From NCBI GenBank assembly GCA_963695225.1, contig OY968762.1:2176001-2240000 (forward strand): a stretch of 64,000 nt of DNA, written 5' to 3'. Of this stretch, positions 12,731-21,615 are shown piece after piece; position 1 is the stretch's first letter; every line of letters begins with the position of its first letter. The stretch is from Vulcanimicrobiota bacterium. Its GTDB lineage: Bacteria > Vulcanimicrobiota > Vulcanimicrobiia > Vulcanimicrobiales > Vulcanimicrobiaceae. The notes beneath the pieces are model-generated. The model searched no databases and had not been told where the DNA came from. It saw only the letters and a list, made by a program, of their open reading frames with translations. The position numbers were made by a program, and so were the translations under genes.

Positions 12731-15400
12731 CTACAGAACGTCGCGTCCGGGGCGGCCGCCCGGCTCGTGGGCGTGCGCGGCGCAATCGTGGATCAGCTTC
12801 GCGACGAGGCCGGTCCAGCCGGTCTGATGGCTTGCGCCGAGCCCCTTCCCCGTGTCGCCGTCGAAGTATTCGTGGAACACGACGAGGTCGCGCCAGTTCG
12901 GATCCGTGCGAAAGAGGGGCTCGCCGCCGTGGGCGGGCCGTTCGCCGTTCGCATCCCGCTCGAACAATCCGATCAGACGTTCCGAGAGGACGTGGGCGAC
13001 TTGCCGGAGCGTGAGACGATTCCCGGATCCTGCGGGGCACTCGATCGTCAGATCCGCACCGTAGTAGGAATCGTACTTCTCGAGCGCCTCGATCAAGAGG
13101 AAATTCAGCGGAAACCACACGGGGCCGCGCCAGTTCGAGTTTCCTCCGAAGAGCCCGGTGCGCGATTCGGCGGGTTCGTATTCGACGCAGTACTCCATGC
13201 CGTCGAGCGAGACGCGGAACGGGTCGGCGCGGTGGGCCCGCGAGAGCGAACGGAGCCCGTGCTCGCTCAAGAAGCGCTCCTCCGAGAGAACGCGCGTGAG
13301 GATGCGTTCGAGTTGCGTGCGGTTGCAGATCGCGAGGAGGCGGCGCTCTTGCATCCCCTTCGTCTGCATGCAGGCGACGTTCGCCCTCAGGTCCGGACGG
13401 TTCTCTATGAACCAGCTCAGGCGCTTGGAGAAACCGGGCAGGCGCTCGAGCACCGCCGGTTCCAGGATCTCGTGCGCGAACAGCGGGATGAGGCCCACGA
13501 TCGAGCGCACTTTCAGGGGGATCCTCTTCCCGCGGTAGATCAATACGTCGTAATACGAGGCGTCGGTTTCGTCCCACAGTCCGCCGCTCTCGCCGGCGAT
13601 TTCGTTCATCGCCGCCGCCATGTAGAGAAAGTGCTCGAAGAACTTCGTCGCGATGTCTTCGTAGACGCTATTCCTCTGCGCGAGCTCGAGCGCGATCGCG
13701 AGCATGCTGAGCGCGTACATGCCCATCCAGCCGCTCCCGTCCGCCTGCTCGAGATGAGCGCCCGGCACGAGCGCGCTCCGGTCGAACGGCCCGATGTTGT
13801 CGAGACCGAGAAACCCGCCCTCGAAGACGTTGTAGCCCTCGGCATCCTTGCGGTTGACCCACCACGTGAAGTTGAGCAACAGCTTCTGAAAGACTCGCTC
13901 GAGGAAGTGGTAATCCTTGCGCCCGCCGTTCTCCGCTTCCAGGCGGAAGATGCGATAGGCCGCCCACGCGTGCACCGGCGGATTCACGTCGCCGAACGAC
14001 CACTCGTAGGCGGGGATCTGCCCGTTCGGATGCAGGTACGATTCGCGCGTCAGCAGGACGAGCTGGTGCTTGGCGAATTCTGGATCGATCTGCGCGAGCG
14101 GGACGACGTGGAACGCGAGATCCCAGGCTGCGAACCACGGGTACTCCCACGTATCCGGCATCGAGATCACGTCTTCGGCGTAGAACGCCTCCCACAGGTG
14201 GTTGCGTCCTTCGAGCCGTTCCGCCGGGGGCGGCGGAGACGCGGGGTCGCCGTCCAGCCAATCGCGGACGACGTAGTGGTAGTATTGCTTCGACCAGAGC
14301 AGACCCGCGTACGCTTGGCGCTGGATCGCGCGGCGCTCGTCGCCGATCGGAAACGGCAACAGCTCGGCATAGAAGTGATCGGCCTCGAGGCGCCGTTGCG
14401 CGACGAGCGCGTCGAAGGAAGCGTCGAATCGCGGGACGTCCCACGACCGGCACAAGCGCATCCGCACGACCGCGCTCTCGCCCGCGGCGAGCGTGCGCGC
14501 GTACAGCGCGGCGGCCTTCGTCCCGGTGCGCGCGGGGTTGACGGCGGCCGGGTTCCGGCCGACGACGAAGGCGTGGAACGCGTCCTTTGAGTACGGGGAA
14601 GCGTTCGGGGTTCCGAAGAGGCGCTCGGCGTTCGTTTCGTTTTCCGCGAACAGCAGGTCGTCGGCGCCTTCGAAGAACAGCCGGAACGCGCCGAGGGACT
14701 CGTCGCGCGCGAGGAGGACGGGAATCGCGCCGTCCGCTTCGACGCCGATCGAGGGCTTCGGCGCGCCCTCCTTCCACGACCACGTGTTGCGGTACCACAG
14801 CGTCGGAAGCAGGTGCAGGGGCGCCGCGTCCGGTCCGCGATTCGTCGCCCGCAGCACGATCGCGAGATCGTCGACGTCGGCCTTCGCGTACTCGATCTCG
14901 ATGTCGAAGTAGCGGCTCTCTTCGAAGATGCCCGTGTCGATGAGTTCGAACTCGGGATCTTCCTTCGTGCGGCGGCGGTTCTCTTCGACGAGCCGCGCAT
15001 ATGGAAACGCGCCCTGCGGATACTTGTACAGCATCTTCATGTACGCGTGCGAGGGCACGTTGTCGAGGTAGAAATAACACTCCTTGACGTCCTCGCCGTG
15101 GTTGCCTTCGTGCCCGGAAAGGCCGAAGAACCGCTCTTTGAGGATCGGATCGGCGCCGTTCCAGAACGCGAACGCAAGGCAGAGACGCTGGCGGATGTCG
15201 CTGATCCCGCCGATCCCGTCTTCGCCCCAGCGGTACGCGCGGGAACGCGCGTGATCGTGCGGGAGATACGTCCACGCGTCTCCGTCGGCGCTGTAATCCT
15301 CGCGAACCGTGCCCCACTGGCGTTCGCTCAAGTACGGCCCGAACCGACGCCAGCCTTCGACTTGGCCGCCTTCCTCGATGCGCCGGCGTTCCGGGTTCAC
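12731..15400 (-). CDS. GH63-like glycoside hydrolase (MGH1/glucosidase family)
   Basis: WRRFGPYLSERQWGTVREDYS, RSRAYRWGEDG, GNHGEDVKE, MPDTWEYPWFAAWDLAFH, GFLGLDNI, GGNSNWRGPVW, GASHQTGWT; GTG start at 15400. Confidence 0.88.
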   Translation of the reverse strand: MNPERRRIEEGGQVEGWRRFGPYLSERQWGTVREDYSADGDAWTYLPHDHARSRAYRWGEDGIGGISDIRQRLCLAFAFWNGADPILKERFFGLSGHEGNHGEDVKECYFYLDNVPSHAYMKMLYKYPQGAFPYARLVEENRRRTKEDPEFELIDTGIFEESRYFDIEIEYAKADVDDLAIVLRATNRGPDAAPLHLLPTLWYRNTWSWKEGAPKPSIGVEADGAIPVLLARDESLGAFRLFFEGADDLLFAENETNAERLFGTPNASPYSKDAFHAFVVGRNPAAVNPARTGTKAAALYARTLAAGESAVVRMRLCRSWDVPRFDASFDALVAQRRLEADHFYAELLPFPIGDERRAIQRQAYAGLLWSKQYYHYVVRDWLDGDPASPPPPAERLEGRNHLWEAFYAEDVISMPDTWEYPWFAAWDLAFHVVPLAQIDPEFAKHQLVLLTRESYLHPNGQIPAYEWSFGDVNPPVHAWAAYRIFRLEAENGGRKDYHFLERVFQKLLLNFTWWVNRKDAEGYNVFEGGFLGLDNIGPFDRSALVPGAHLEQADGSGWMGMYALSMLAIALELAQRNSVYEDIATKFFEHFLYMAAAMNEIAGESGGLWDETDASYYDVLIYRGKRIPLKVRSIVGLIPLFAHEILEPAVLERLPGFSKRLSWFIENRPDLRANVACMQTKGMQERRLLAICNRTQLERILTRVLSEERFLSEHGLRSLSRAHRADPFRVSLDGMEYCVEYEPAESRTGLFGGNSNWRGPVWFPLNFLLIEALEKYDSYYGADLTIECPAGSGNRLTLRQVAHVLSERLIGLFERDANGERPAHGGEPLFRTDPNWRDLVVFHEYFDGDTGKGLGASHQTGWTGLVAKLIHDCAAHAHEPGGRPGRDVL

Positions 15401-15969
15401 GGGGCTGCGGCACGGTTCGCGATGCGCCGAAACTCTTCGGCCGTCAGCCGAAAATAGGCAACGTCCCGGCCGTAGTACCGGGCGATGCCGCAATCTCGCA
15501 TCCCGAGGCGCCGCATCACGTTCGTAGACTTGTGATTCTCCGGCATCGCGATCGAGACGATCGCCTCGAGCCCGACGCGCTCGAATCCGTAGCGCAGAAC
15601 CGCCTGCGCCGCTTCCGTCGCATATCCGCGCCCCCAATAGGCCGCATCGAGAATCCAGCCGATTTCGACCTCGTCGTCCGAAACCGGCAGGTCCTGCATT
15701 CCGCACCAACCGATCAGCCGGTCCTCGCCGCGTTCGGTGAGGGCCCACATCGCATAGGGGCTCGAACGGCCGCGTTCCAGGAGACGTTCGAACATCGCTT
15801 CCGCCTCCTGCGCGGTGCGGGCGCCGGAACCGCCGCCGGGGCGGCCGATGTAGCGCATCACGACGGGATCGGCGGCCAGTTCGACCAGCCGCGAGCGATC
15901 GGCCGGGGCGAACGTCCTTATGACGAGCCGCTTCGTGCGTGCGATTTCGCGCGTTACCACCTGCGTCAC
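15397..15969 (-). CDS. GNAT family N-acetyltransferase (RimJ/RimL-like)
   Basis: TKRLVIR, VEIGW...YWGRGYATEAA, N..S..VMRRLGM; RBS GAGGGGG upstream. Confidence 0.85.
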   Translation of the reverse strand: MTQVVTREIARTKRLVIRTFAPADRSRLVELAADPVVMRYIGRPGGGSGARTAQEAEAMFERLLERGRSSPYAMWALTERGEDRLIGWCGMQDLPVSDDEVEIGWILDAAYWGRGYATEAAQAVLRYGFERVGLEAIVSIAMPENHKSTNVMRRLGMRDCGIARYYGRDVAYFRLTAEEFRRIANRAAAP

Positions 15970-16117
15970 GTCCCCCTCTGAAGGCGCGGTCCCGGCGTCC
16001 GCTCACCGTGGCGCGCTTTTCGGTGCCGCTCGCGTCAGACCCCGTGCAGCTTCGGGCCGGCCGCGCGCCCCCTGCCCCGGCGCGGAGTTCGGCCGGGCGT
16101 GCCGAAGCACGTCCAGC

Positions 16118-16297
16118 GTGAGCACCGAACGTATCGAATGCAGTAATGAGAAGTGCCAGTGCTTCGTCACGGCGACTCTTGACCCGAAATTCAGCGAGCC
16201 GATCGAAGCCTATTGCGACGACTCGTGCCGTGAAGCGGCCAGCGGCGAAGAGAACGAGATGTGCGGCTGCGGGCACCCGGCCTGCGATACGCCGTAG
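16118..16297 (+). CDS. Putative bacterial metallothionein-like Cys-rich small protein (59 aa)
   Basis: MSTERIECSNEKCQCFV...AYCDDSCREA...MCGCGHPACDTP: 8 Cys plus 1 His in C-x4-C-x-C / YC-x3-C / C-x-C-G-H-x2-C arrangement. Confidence 0.65.
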   Translation: MSTERIECSNEKCQCFVTATLDPKFSEPIEAYCDDSCREAASGEENEMCGCGHPACDTP

Positions 16298-16342
16298 CCG
16301 TTCGGCTCGGCCGCGGCGCTCGGGCCGGCGCGTAGTTCCCGT

Positions 16343-16666
16343 ATGGAACGGCCGCGGTTCGTCGGCGCGGAGATCGAACCCCTCGCGGGTTCCGGCGACG
16401 CTGACGCGCTCGCGCGCGGCGAGCCGGGTGCGCCTGCGTCGTTCTTCTGGGAGGGGCGCCGCTACGACGTGCGGCGCGTGCTCTCGCGTTGGAAGACGAC
16501 GCGCACGGACCGGGGCGATACGTACGTCGCCCGGCACTGGTTCGAGGTCGAGACGGCGACCGGCGAGACGATGCGTTTGTATTGCGAGCGCGGGCCGAAG
16601 GCGGGCGGATCGCGTTGGCGGCTGTATACGATCTGCGCGAGCGGCGGCGGACCGGAGACGGAATGA
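16343..16666 (+). CDS. Small conserved hypothetical protein (DUF6504-like)
   Basis: P..FFWEGRRY.V..VL..W, R.WFEV, RLY, WRLY pattern; family recalled from memory. Confidence 0.55.
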   Translation: MERPRFVGAEIEPLAGSGDADALARGEPGAPASFFWEGRRYDVRRVLSRWKTTRTDRGDTYVARHWFEVETATGETMRLYCERGPKAGGSRWRLYTICASGGGPETE

Positions 16667-16675
16667 GGTGAGCGC

Positions 16676-18268
16676 GTGAACTCTTCGCATCCGAGCCGGG
16701 CCGTCGCACGTACGGCGCGCGGCATGGTCGCGACGCCGCATTGGGGCGCGACGCTCGCCGGCCTCGATGCGTTGCGCCGGGGCGGGACGGCGGCCGATGC
16801 GGCGATCGCCGCGAACGGCGTCCTCTCCGTCGTGTATCCGGCGAGTTGCGGGCTCGGCGGGGATGCGTTCTGGCTCGTCTACGAACCGCGCACGCGCGAG
16901 GTGATCGCGTACAACGGAAGCGGGCGGGCGCCGAAGGGATTGCACGCCGCGCTCGTGCGCGAACGCGGATACGAGGCGATGCCGCAACGCGGCGCGCTGA
17001 CCGTCACCGTTCCCGGAGCGGTGCGCTCTTGGGAAGACGTCGCGCGCGTTCACGGCCGTTTCGGCCTCGACGAGCTGCTGCGGCCGGCGGAGGCCGCGGC
17101 GCGCGACGGTTACGTCGTCACCGACGTCGTCGCCGCGTACTTCGCGTCGAACGAGGCGTTGCTGCGGGCGGATCCGGATGCCGCGGCGCTGTTCCTCGCG
17201 CGGGGCGTTCCGAAGGCGGGCGACACGCTCGCGAATCTTCCGCTCGCCGCGACGCTGCGTGCGATCCGTTCCGGCGGCGCCGATGCATTCTATCGCGGTC
17301 CGATCGCGGAATCGATCGCGCGCTGGGTCTCGCGCGGGGGGAATCCGATGACGGTCGAGGATCTGGCGGCGCAGCGCACGGAGCGGACGGCGCCGCTCCG
17401 GATTCCCTGGCACGGGGCCGAGGTTTACGCGCATCCGCCGAATTCGCAAGGCGCGGTCGCGCTGATGGCGCTCGGCGCGCTGGCGAACGACGGCGCCGCG
17501 AGCGATCTGGAATGGACGCATCTCGCGATCGAAGCCCTCAAGTACGCCTTCGACGCGCGCGACGAACGCATCGCCGAGCCCTCCGCGATGCGCGCGCCGA
17601 TCGAGGATCTCCTGACGCCGGAGGCGTTCGCGCGCGTGCGCGGCGCGCTCGATCCCTCCCGCGCGCGCGTGCGCCGGCATCCGGCCGATCGCAGCGGAAC
17701 GATCGCGATCGTCGCCGTCGACGCCGAACGGCGGGCGGTCTCGCTGATCGAGAGCCTGTACATGAACTTCGGTTCGGGGATATTACCCGAAGGAACGGGC
17801 GTGCTGCTGCAAAACCGAGGCACGTACTTCTCGCTCGAAGCGGGGCATCCGAACGAACTCGCCGGCCACAAGCGCCCGCTCCACACGCTTTCGCCCGGCA
17901 TGTTGTTGCGCGACGGCGTCCCGGAACTCGTCTACGGCACGATGGGCGGCGACGGGCAGCCGCAGACGCAGGTGCAGCTGCTACACAATTTCTACGAGCG
18001 CGGGATGTCGCTCCAAGCGGCGATCGACGCGCCGCGCTTCGTCTACGGGCGCGATAGCGAGAGCGCTTACGCAGATGCGGTCACGCTCGAAGCGCGCGCG
18101 CCGGCGGAGCTCGTGGACGGGTTGCGAGCGCGCGGGCACGCCGTCGAGGTCATCGGACCGTACGAAAACAAGCTCGGCCACGCGCACGCGATCTTCGTCG
18201 ATCGCGCCAGCGGCACGCTGGCGGGGGCCTCGGATCCGCGCGCGGATTCCGCGGCGCTCGGCGTGTAA
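16676..18268 (+). CDS. ggt: Gamma-glutamyltransferase family protein
   Basis: GG.AADAAIA, GLGGDAF, TVPGAV, SGT autocleavage site, S...NFGSG, LQNRG, KRPLHTL, GTMGGDGQPQ, ASDPRAD. Confidence 0.9.
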   Translation: MNSSHPSRAVARTARGMVATPHWGATLAGLDALRRGGTAADAAIAANGVLSVVYPASCGLGGDAFWLVYEPRTREVIAYNGSGRAPKGLHAALVRERGYEAMPQRGALTVTVPGAVRSWEDVARVHGRFGLDELLRPAEAAARDGYVVTDVVAAYFASNEALLRADPDAAALFLARGVPKAGDTLANLPLAATLRAIRSGGADAFYRGPIAESIARWVSRGGNPMTVEDLAAQRTERTAPLRIPWHGAEVYAHPPNSQGAVALMALGALANDGAASDLEWTHLAIEALKYAFDARDERIAEPSAMRAPIEDLLTPEAFARVRGALDPSRARVRRHPADRSGTIAIVAVDAERRAVSLIESLYMNFGSGILPEGTGVLLQNRGTYFSLEAGHPNELAGHKRPLHTLSPGMLLRDGVPELVYGTMGGDGQPQTQVQLLHNFYERGMSLQAAIDAPRFVYGRDSESAYADAVTLEARAPAELVDGLRARGHAVEVIGPYENKLGHAHAIFVDRASGTLAGASDPRADSAALGV

Positions 18269-18275
18269 ACGTAAT

Positions 18276-18292
18276 TGTCTACAGCGTAGACA
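18276..18292. promoter_or_regulatory. Perfect palindrome TGTCTAC-N3-GTAGACA in an A/T-rich spacer, candidate operator upstream of the ECF transporter
   Basis: Inverted repeat seen directly just after the ggt stop; the binding factor is unknown. Confidence 0.35.
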
Positions 18293-18550
18293 TTTATCGA
18301 GCAGGCAATCCGAAGAGAAAGTCATACCGTTCCTTCCTCAACTGCGGCGTGCCGTTGTTGCAGGAGGGCTTGCTTGCTCGCTCCCATCTCGTCCCGCTTG
18401 ACGCAGTTGGCGCTCACGTTGCCGGCCGGAGCCGCTCGCACGACGCAACCTCTACGCGCGGCTCTTCCTCAGCTGCCGATGTGCGGCGGAGTTCCACGCT
18501 GGATGCGGCTCTACTATCTCCTGTTCGGCGTTTGGCTTTGCACGACCGGC

Positions 18551-19588
18551 ATGCACATCCCCGACGGGTATCTCAGTCCCGTAACCTGCGCCGTGATGTT
18601 CGCGTTGGTTTTCCCCTTTTGGATCAGGGGCGTGCAACAGCTGCGCGAACGAATTTCCGCCAAGACCGTTCCCGTCGTCGCGTTATTCGCGGCCTTCTGT
18701 TTTGTGCTCATGATGTTCAACGTGCCCCTGCCGGGTGGAACGACCGGCCACGCCGTCGGGGGCGCGTTGGCGGCGATCGTTCTGGGGCCGGAAATCGCGA
18801 CGGTCGCCGTCTCGATCGCGCTCGTCATCCAGGCTTTCTTCTTCGGCGACGGCGGCATTCTCGCGATCGGGGCAAATTGCTTCAACATGGGCGTCGTGCT
18901 CCCGTATGTCGGCTATGCCGTGTACCGAGCCTTTTCAAGGAATGAAACGCTGAATTCCAGGCGCAGGGTCGCCGGCGCGGCGGCCGGCGGCTGGGCCGGC
19001 CTGACGATCGCGTCGTTCTTTGCCGCGGTCGAATTTGGTATCCAACCTCTGCTTTGGCACACCGCGGACGGCACGCCGCTCTATGCGCCGTATCCCCTAT
19101 CGATCTCGATTCCCGCCATGGTGATACCGCATGCGTTCATCGCTTCCGTGGTGGAGGCCCTCGTGGCGGGTCTCGTGGTGGCGTATCTGCTGAGTGCGAA
19201 CCCGGCCGCGCTGGCAATGAACGACGCCCGGTTTGCGCCCGCAGCGCACGGCTTTGCCAAATGGCGCGCCCTATGGGTAGCGCTGGCCGCGCTGATCTTC
19301 GTCACGCCGCTCGGATTGTTGGCGCCGGGAACTGCCTGGGGCGAATGGGGCGCCGAAGAGCTCACGAGCCTGGGGTTGCATTTCGTCCCGAAGGGACTAG
19401 CGCAGCTTTCGGGGCTCTGGTCCGCGCCGATGCCCGACTACAACGTTCCCGCCCTAGGAAATGCGAATATCGGCTACATTCTTTCCGCAGGTGTGGGGGC
19501 TTCGGTCATCGTCGGCGTCGCCTGGCTGTTCAGCATGTTGGTTACCGGCGGCAAACCATCCTCAGCGGAAATGTCCGCCGGCGAGTGA
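18551..19588 (+). CDS. cbiM: Ni/Co ECF transporter substrate component, NikM/CbiM fused to an N/PDGLE-type domain (MHIPDG type, more typical of nickel-preferring NikM)
   Basis: MHIPDGYL N-terminus, NVPLPGGTTGH, GDGGILAIGAN, C-terminal AWGEW...APMPDY; alternative start at 18503. Confidence 0.88.
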   Translation: MHIPDGYLSPVTCAVMFALVFPFWIRGVQQLRERISAKTVPVVALFAAFCFVLMMFNVPLPGGTTGHAVGGALAAIVLGPEIATVAVSIALVIQAFFFGDGGILAIGANCFNMGVVLPYVGYAVYRAFSRNETLNSRRRVAGAAAGGWAGLTIASFFAAVEFGIQPLLWHTADGTPLYAPYPLSISIPAMVIPHAFIASVVEALVAGLVVAYLLSANPAALAMNDARFAPAAHGFAKWRALWVALAALIFVTPLGLLAPGTAWGEWGAEELTSLGLHFVPKGLAQLSGLWSAPMPDYNVPALGNANIGYILSAGVGASVIVGVAWLFSMLVTGGKPSSAEMSAGE

Positions 19589-20430
19589 GCGAATCCGCTC
19601 GGCATTCCGGTTCGAAGGGTCGCTACGGGTTCGTCGACCACGCGCTCGCCGACATCAACGAAGCGTTGGAGCATTCCGTCTTTTCCGAGAAGATCGCGCG
19701 GCAAGAGGGATTGCTCCAGGCCCTGGATCCGCGTCTGAAGGTGATCGCGATGATCGCGCTCTTGTTCGCGGTCAGCCTCTCCCATCAGCTCGCGGTGATC
19801 GCCGCCTTGTACGCGTGCGCGCTGATCTTGGCGGCTCTGTCGGCCGTGCCTCTGGGCTTCTTCATAAAGCGAGTGTGGCTCTTCATTCCGTTCTTTACCG
19901 GGATCGTCGCGCTGCCTGCGCCGTTCATCACGCCCGGGCCCGTCCTGGTCCATTTGCCGATGGGCCTCGCCATGACCCGCACGGGAACGATGACGGCGCT
20001 TTTCCTGTTGTTGAGGGTCGGCACGTCGGTCTCGTTTGCGGTCTTGTTCGTCTTGTGCACTCCCTGGAACAGCGTGCTGCGGGCGCTGGGGATATTGCGG
20101 GTTCCCGACGTCATCGTCCTGATGCTGGGGATGACGTACCGCTACATCCACTTGCTCTTGCACGTCGCCGGCGACATGATCCAATCCCGCAAGAGCCGGA
20201 TCCTCAGACGAATGAGCGGAGCCCAAGAGCGTCGCCTGATCGGCGCCTCCTCCGGGACCTTATTAGGTAAGTCGTTGCAGTTGAGCGGCGAAGTCTATCT
20301 CGCGATGGTGTCGCGAGGATACCGAGGCTACCCGCGGACGATCGAGCGCTTTCGGATGCGCTGGTTCGATTGGGCGGCTGCCCTCGCCGTGAGCGTGATA
20401 ACCTCTGCGGCAATGTGGTTTGGGCGCTGA
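19585..20430 (+). CDS. cbiQ: ECF transporter transmembrane T component
   Basis: LDPRLK, MTYRYIHLL, SRKSR, AMVSRGY; GTG overlaps the cbiM stop. Confidence 0.88.
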   Translation: MSESARHSGSKGRYGFVDHALADINEALEHSVFSEKIARQEGLLQALDPRLKVIAMIALLFAVSLSHQLAVIAALYACALILAALSAVPLGFFIKRVWLFIPFFTGIVALPAPFITPGPVLVHLPMGLAMTRTGTMTALFLLLRVGTSVSFAVLFVLCTPWNSVLRALGILRVPDVIVLMLGMTYRYIHLLLHVAGDMIQSRKSRILRRMSGAQERRLIGASSGTLLGKSLQLSGEVYLAMVSRGYRGYPRTIERFRMRWFDWAAALAVSVITSAAMWFGR

Positions 20431-21212
20431 TGGTTCAGGCGATTCGCGTCGACCGTCTCAAGGATGTCGGCGTGCCGGTTTTCGAGGTGAGGGATCTCTG
20501 CTATTCGTACGGCGATCACGGCTCGGCATTGGAACGCGTCTCCCTCGCGATCTACCGGGGCGAGAGGCTCGCTATCTTGGGAGCTAATGGTTCGGGCAAG
20601 AGCACGCTGCTGAAGATTTTGGACGGGCTGTACTACTCGAGCAGCGGCAGCGTGAGAGCGTTCGGCCAGGTCCTCTCGGAGCAGGCCTTCCGGGACGACC
20701 GCTTCAATTTCGACTTTCGTTCGCGGGTCGGCTTCGTGTTCCAAGACAGCGATGCGCAGCTCTTCATGCCCTCCGTCTGGGAAGAGATCGCTTTTGGCCC
20801 GCTCCAGTTGGGAGTGGATGAGTCCGAGGTGGCCGAACGGGTCGAAGCGGCGCTCCGCGCTCTACGGATCGAGAAGCTGCGCGATCGTCCCCCGCATCAA
20901 TTATCCGGGGGCGAAAAGAAACAGGTCGCTCTTGCATCGGTGCTCAGCCTGTCGCCCGAGGTCTGGATGCTGGACGAGCCTTCGGCTGGGTTGGATCCGC
21001 GTAGCGTTTCCTGGCTGATGGACTTCATCGTCCAACAAGGCGCCGCCGGAAAGACCGTCGTCCTGTCGACGCACGATTTGGCGCTCGTCGAAGCGACGGC
21101 TGACCGCGTGTATGTCTTGGACGAAAGCCATCGCATCGTCGCAGAAGGCGTGCCGCAAGAAATACTCTCTGACCGTGCTCTCTTGGTGAAGGCAAACCTC
21201 ATCCGCGACTAG
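20430..21212 (+). CDS. cbiO: ECF transporter ATPase
   Basis: GANGSGKST, VFQDSDAQLF, LSGGEKK, LDEPSAGLDP, STHD. Confidence 0.9.
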   Translation: MVQAIRVDRLKDVGVPVFEVRDLCYSYGDHGSALERVSLAIYRGERLAILGANGSGKSTLLKILDGLYYSSSGSVRAFGQVLSEQAFRDDRFNFDFRSRVGFVFQDSDAQLFMPSVWEEIAFGPLQLGVDESEVAERVEAALRALRIEKLRDRPPHQLSGGEKKQVALASVLSLSPEVWMLDEPSAGLDPRSVSWLMDFIVQQGAAGKTVVLSTHDLALVEATADRVYVLDESHRIVAEGVPQEILSDRALLVKANLIRD

Positions 21213-21248
21213 CCGGGCGCTGCGGCGCGGCCGGTCAACGGCCGCTTC

Positions 21249-21596
21249 TTAGCGGTTCGCATCGAACTCGGGCGCCGGAGGGGCGAATCCGTCGGCTTCG
21301 AGCCAGCGGCGCAGATGGTCGACGTACTCCCGCCCGAACGTATCGAGCAGGCAGCGCAGGTACGTGTCGTAGTGCGCCGTGCGGCCTTCGGCGAGGTAGT
21401 CTTCGAGGACGCGCCGGTGAATCGCCATGTATCCGTCGCGCAGGCGCAGCCCGCCGTGAATCAGCCCCACGAGCAACTCGCTGGCCGAGAGTTCGCGCCT
21501 CGCGTCGAGGCGCTGCTGGAACCATTCGTCGAGCGCCCCGGGAAGGCGCGTCGAGCGAGTCGGCCCCATCGTCGCTGTGCCTTTGCGGCGAGGCAT
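21249..21596 (-). CDS. Hypothetical protein with a ribbon-helix-helix-like N-terminus and His/Cys-containing helical C-terminus
   Basis: TRSTRLPGALDEW...ELSASELLVGLI resembles the RHH pattern; RBS GAGGGG upstream; starts 19 nt after the stop of the His-rich peptide. Confidence 0.6.
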   Translation of the reverse strand: MPRRKGTATMGPTRSTRLPGALDEWFQQRLDARRELSASELLVGLIHGGLRLRDGYMAIHRRVLEDYLAEGRTAHYDTYLRCLLDTFGREYVDHLRRWLEADGFAPPAPEFDANR

Positions 21597-21615
21597 CGGA
21601 ACCGCCCCTCAGGAT

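Noticed and set aside
12731..17680. 1649-aa minus-strand ORF and other very long Arg/Ala-rich ORFs (e.g. 53163-56357, 39676-42069, 6014-8446)
   Set aside because: High-GC shadow frames. Only 12731-15400 of the first is a real GH63 gene; the rest overlap well-supported genes in other frames.
18264..18300. TGTAAACG...ACAGCGTAGAC as the possible other end of the Tn7-like element
   Set aside because: Partial similarity only; no arrayed sites at the right spacing, and the flanking 5-mer (CGGCG) does not match GCTTG.
17981..18325. Minus-strand ORF with a good RBS and Cys-rich start (MTFSSDCLLDKCLRCRQ)
   Set aside because: Runs antisense into ggt after about 19 codons with no recognisable domain; at most a truncated remnant.
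18296..18335. GAGCAGGCAA...GTCAT resembling the start of a NiCo riboswitch; TCATAC resembling a NikR half-site
   Set aside because: The downstream NiCo elements are not visible, and there is no GTATGA half-site 16 nt away.
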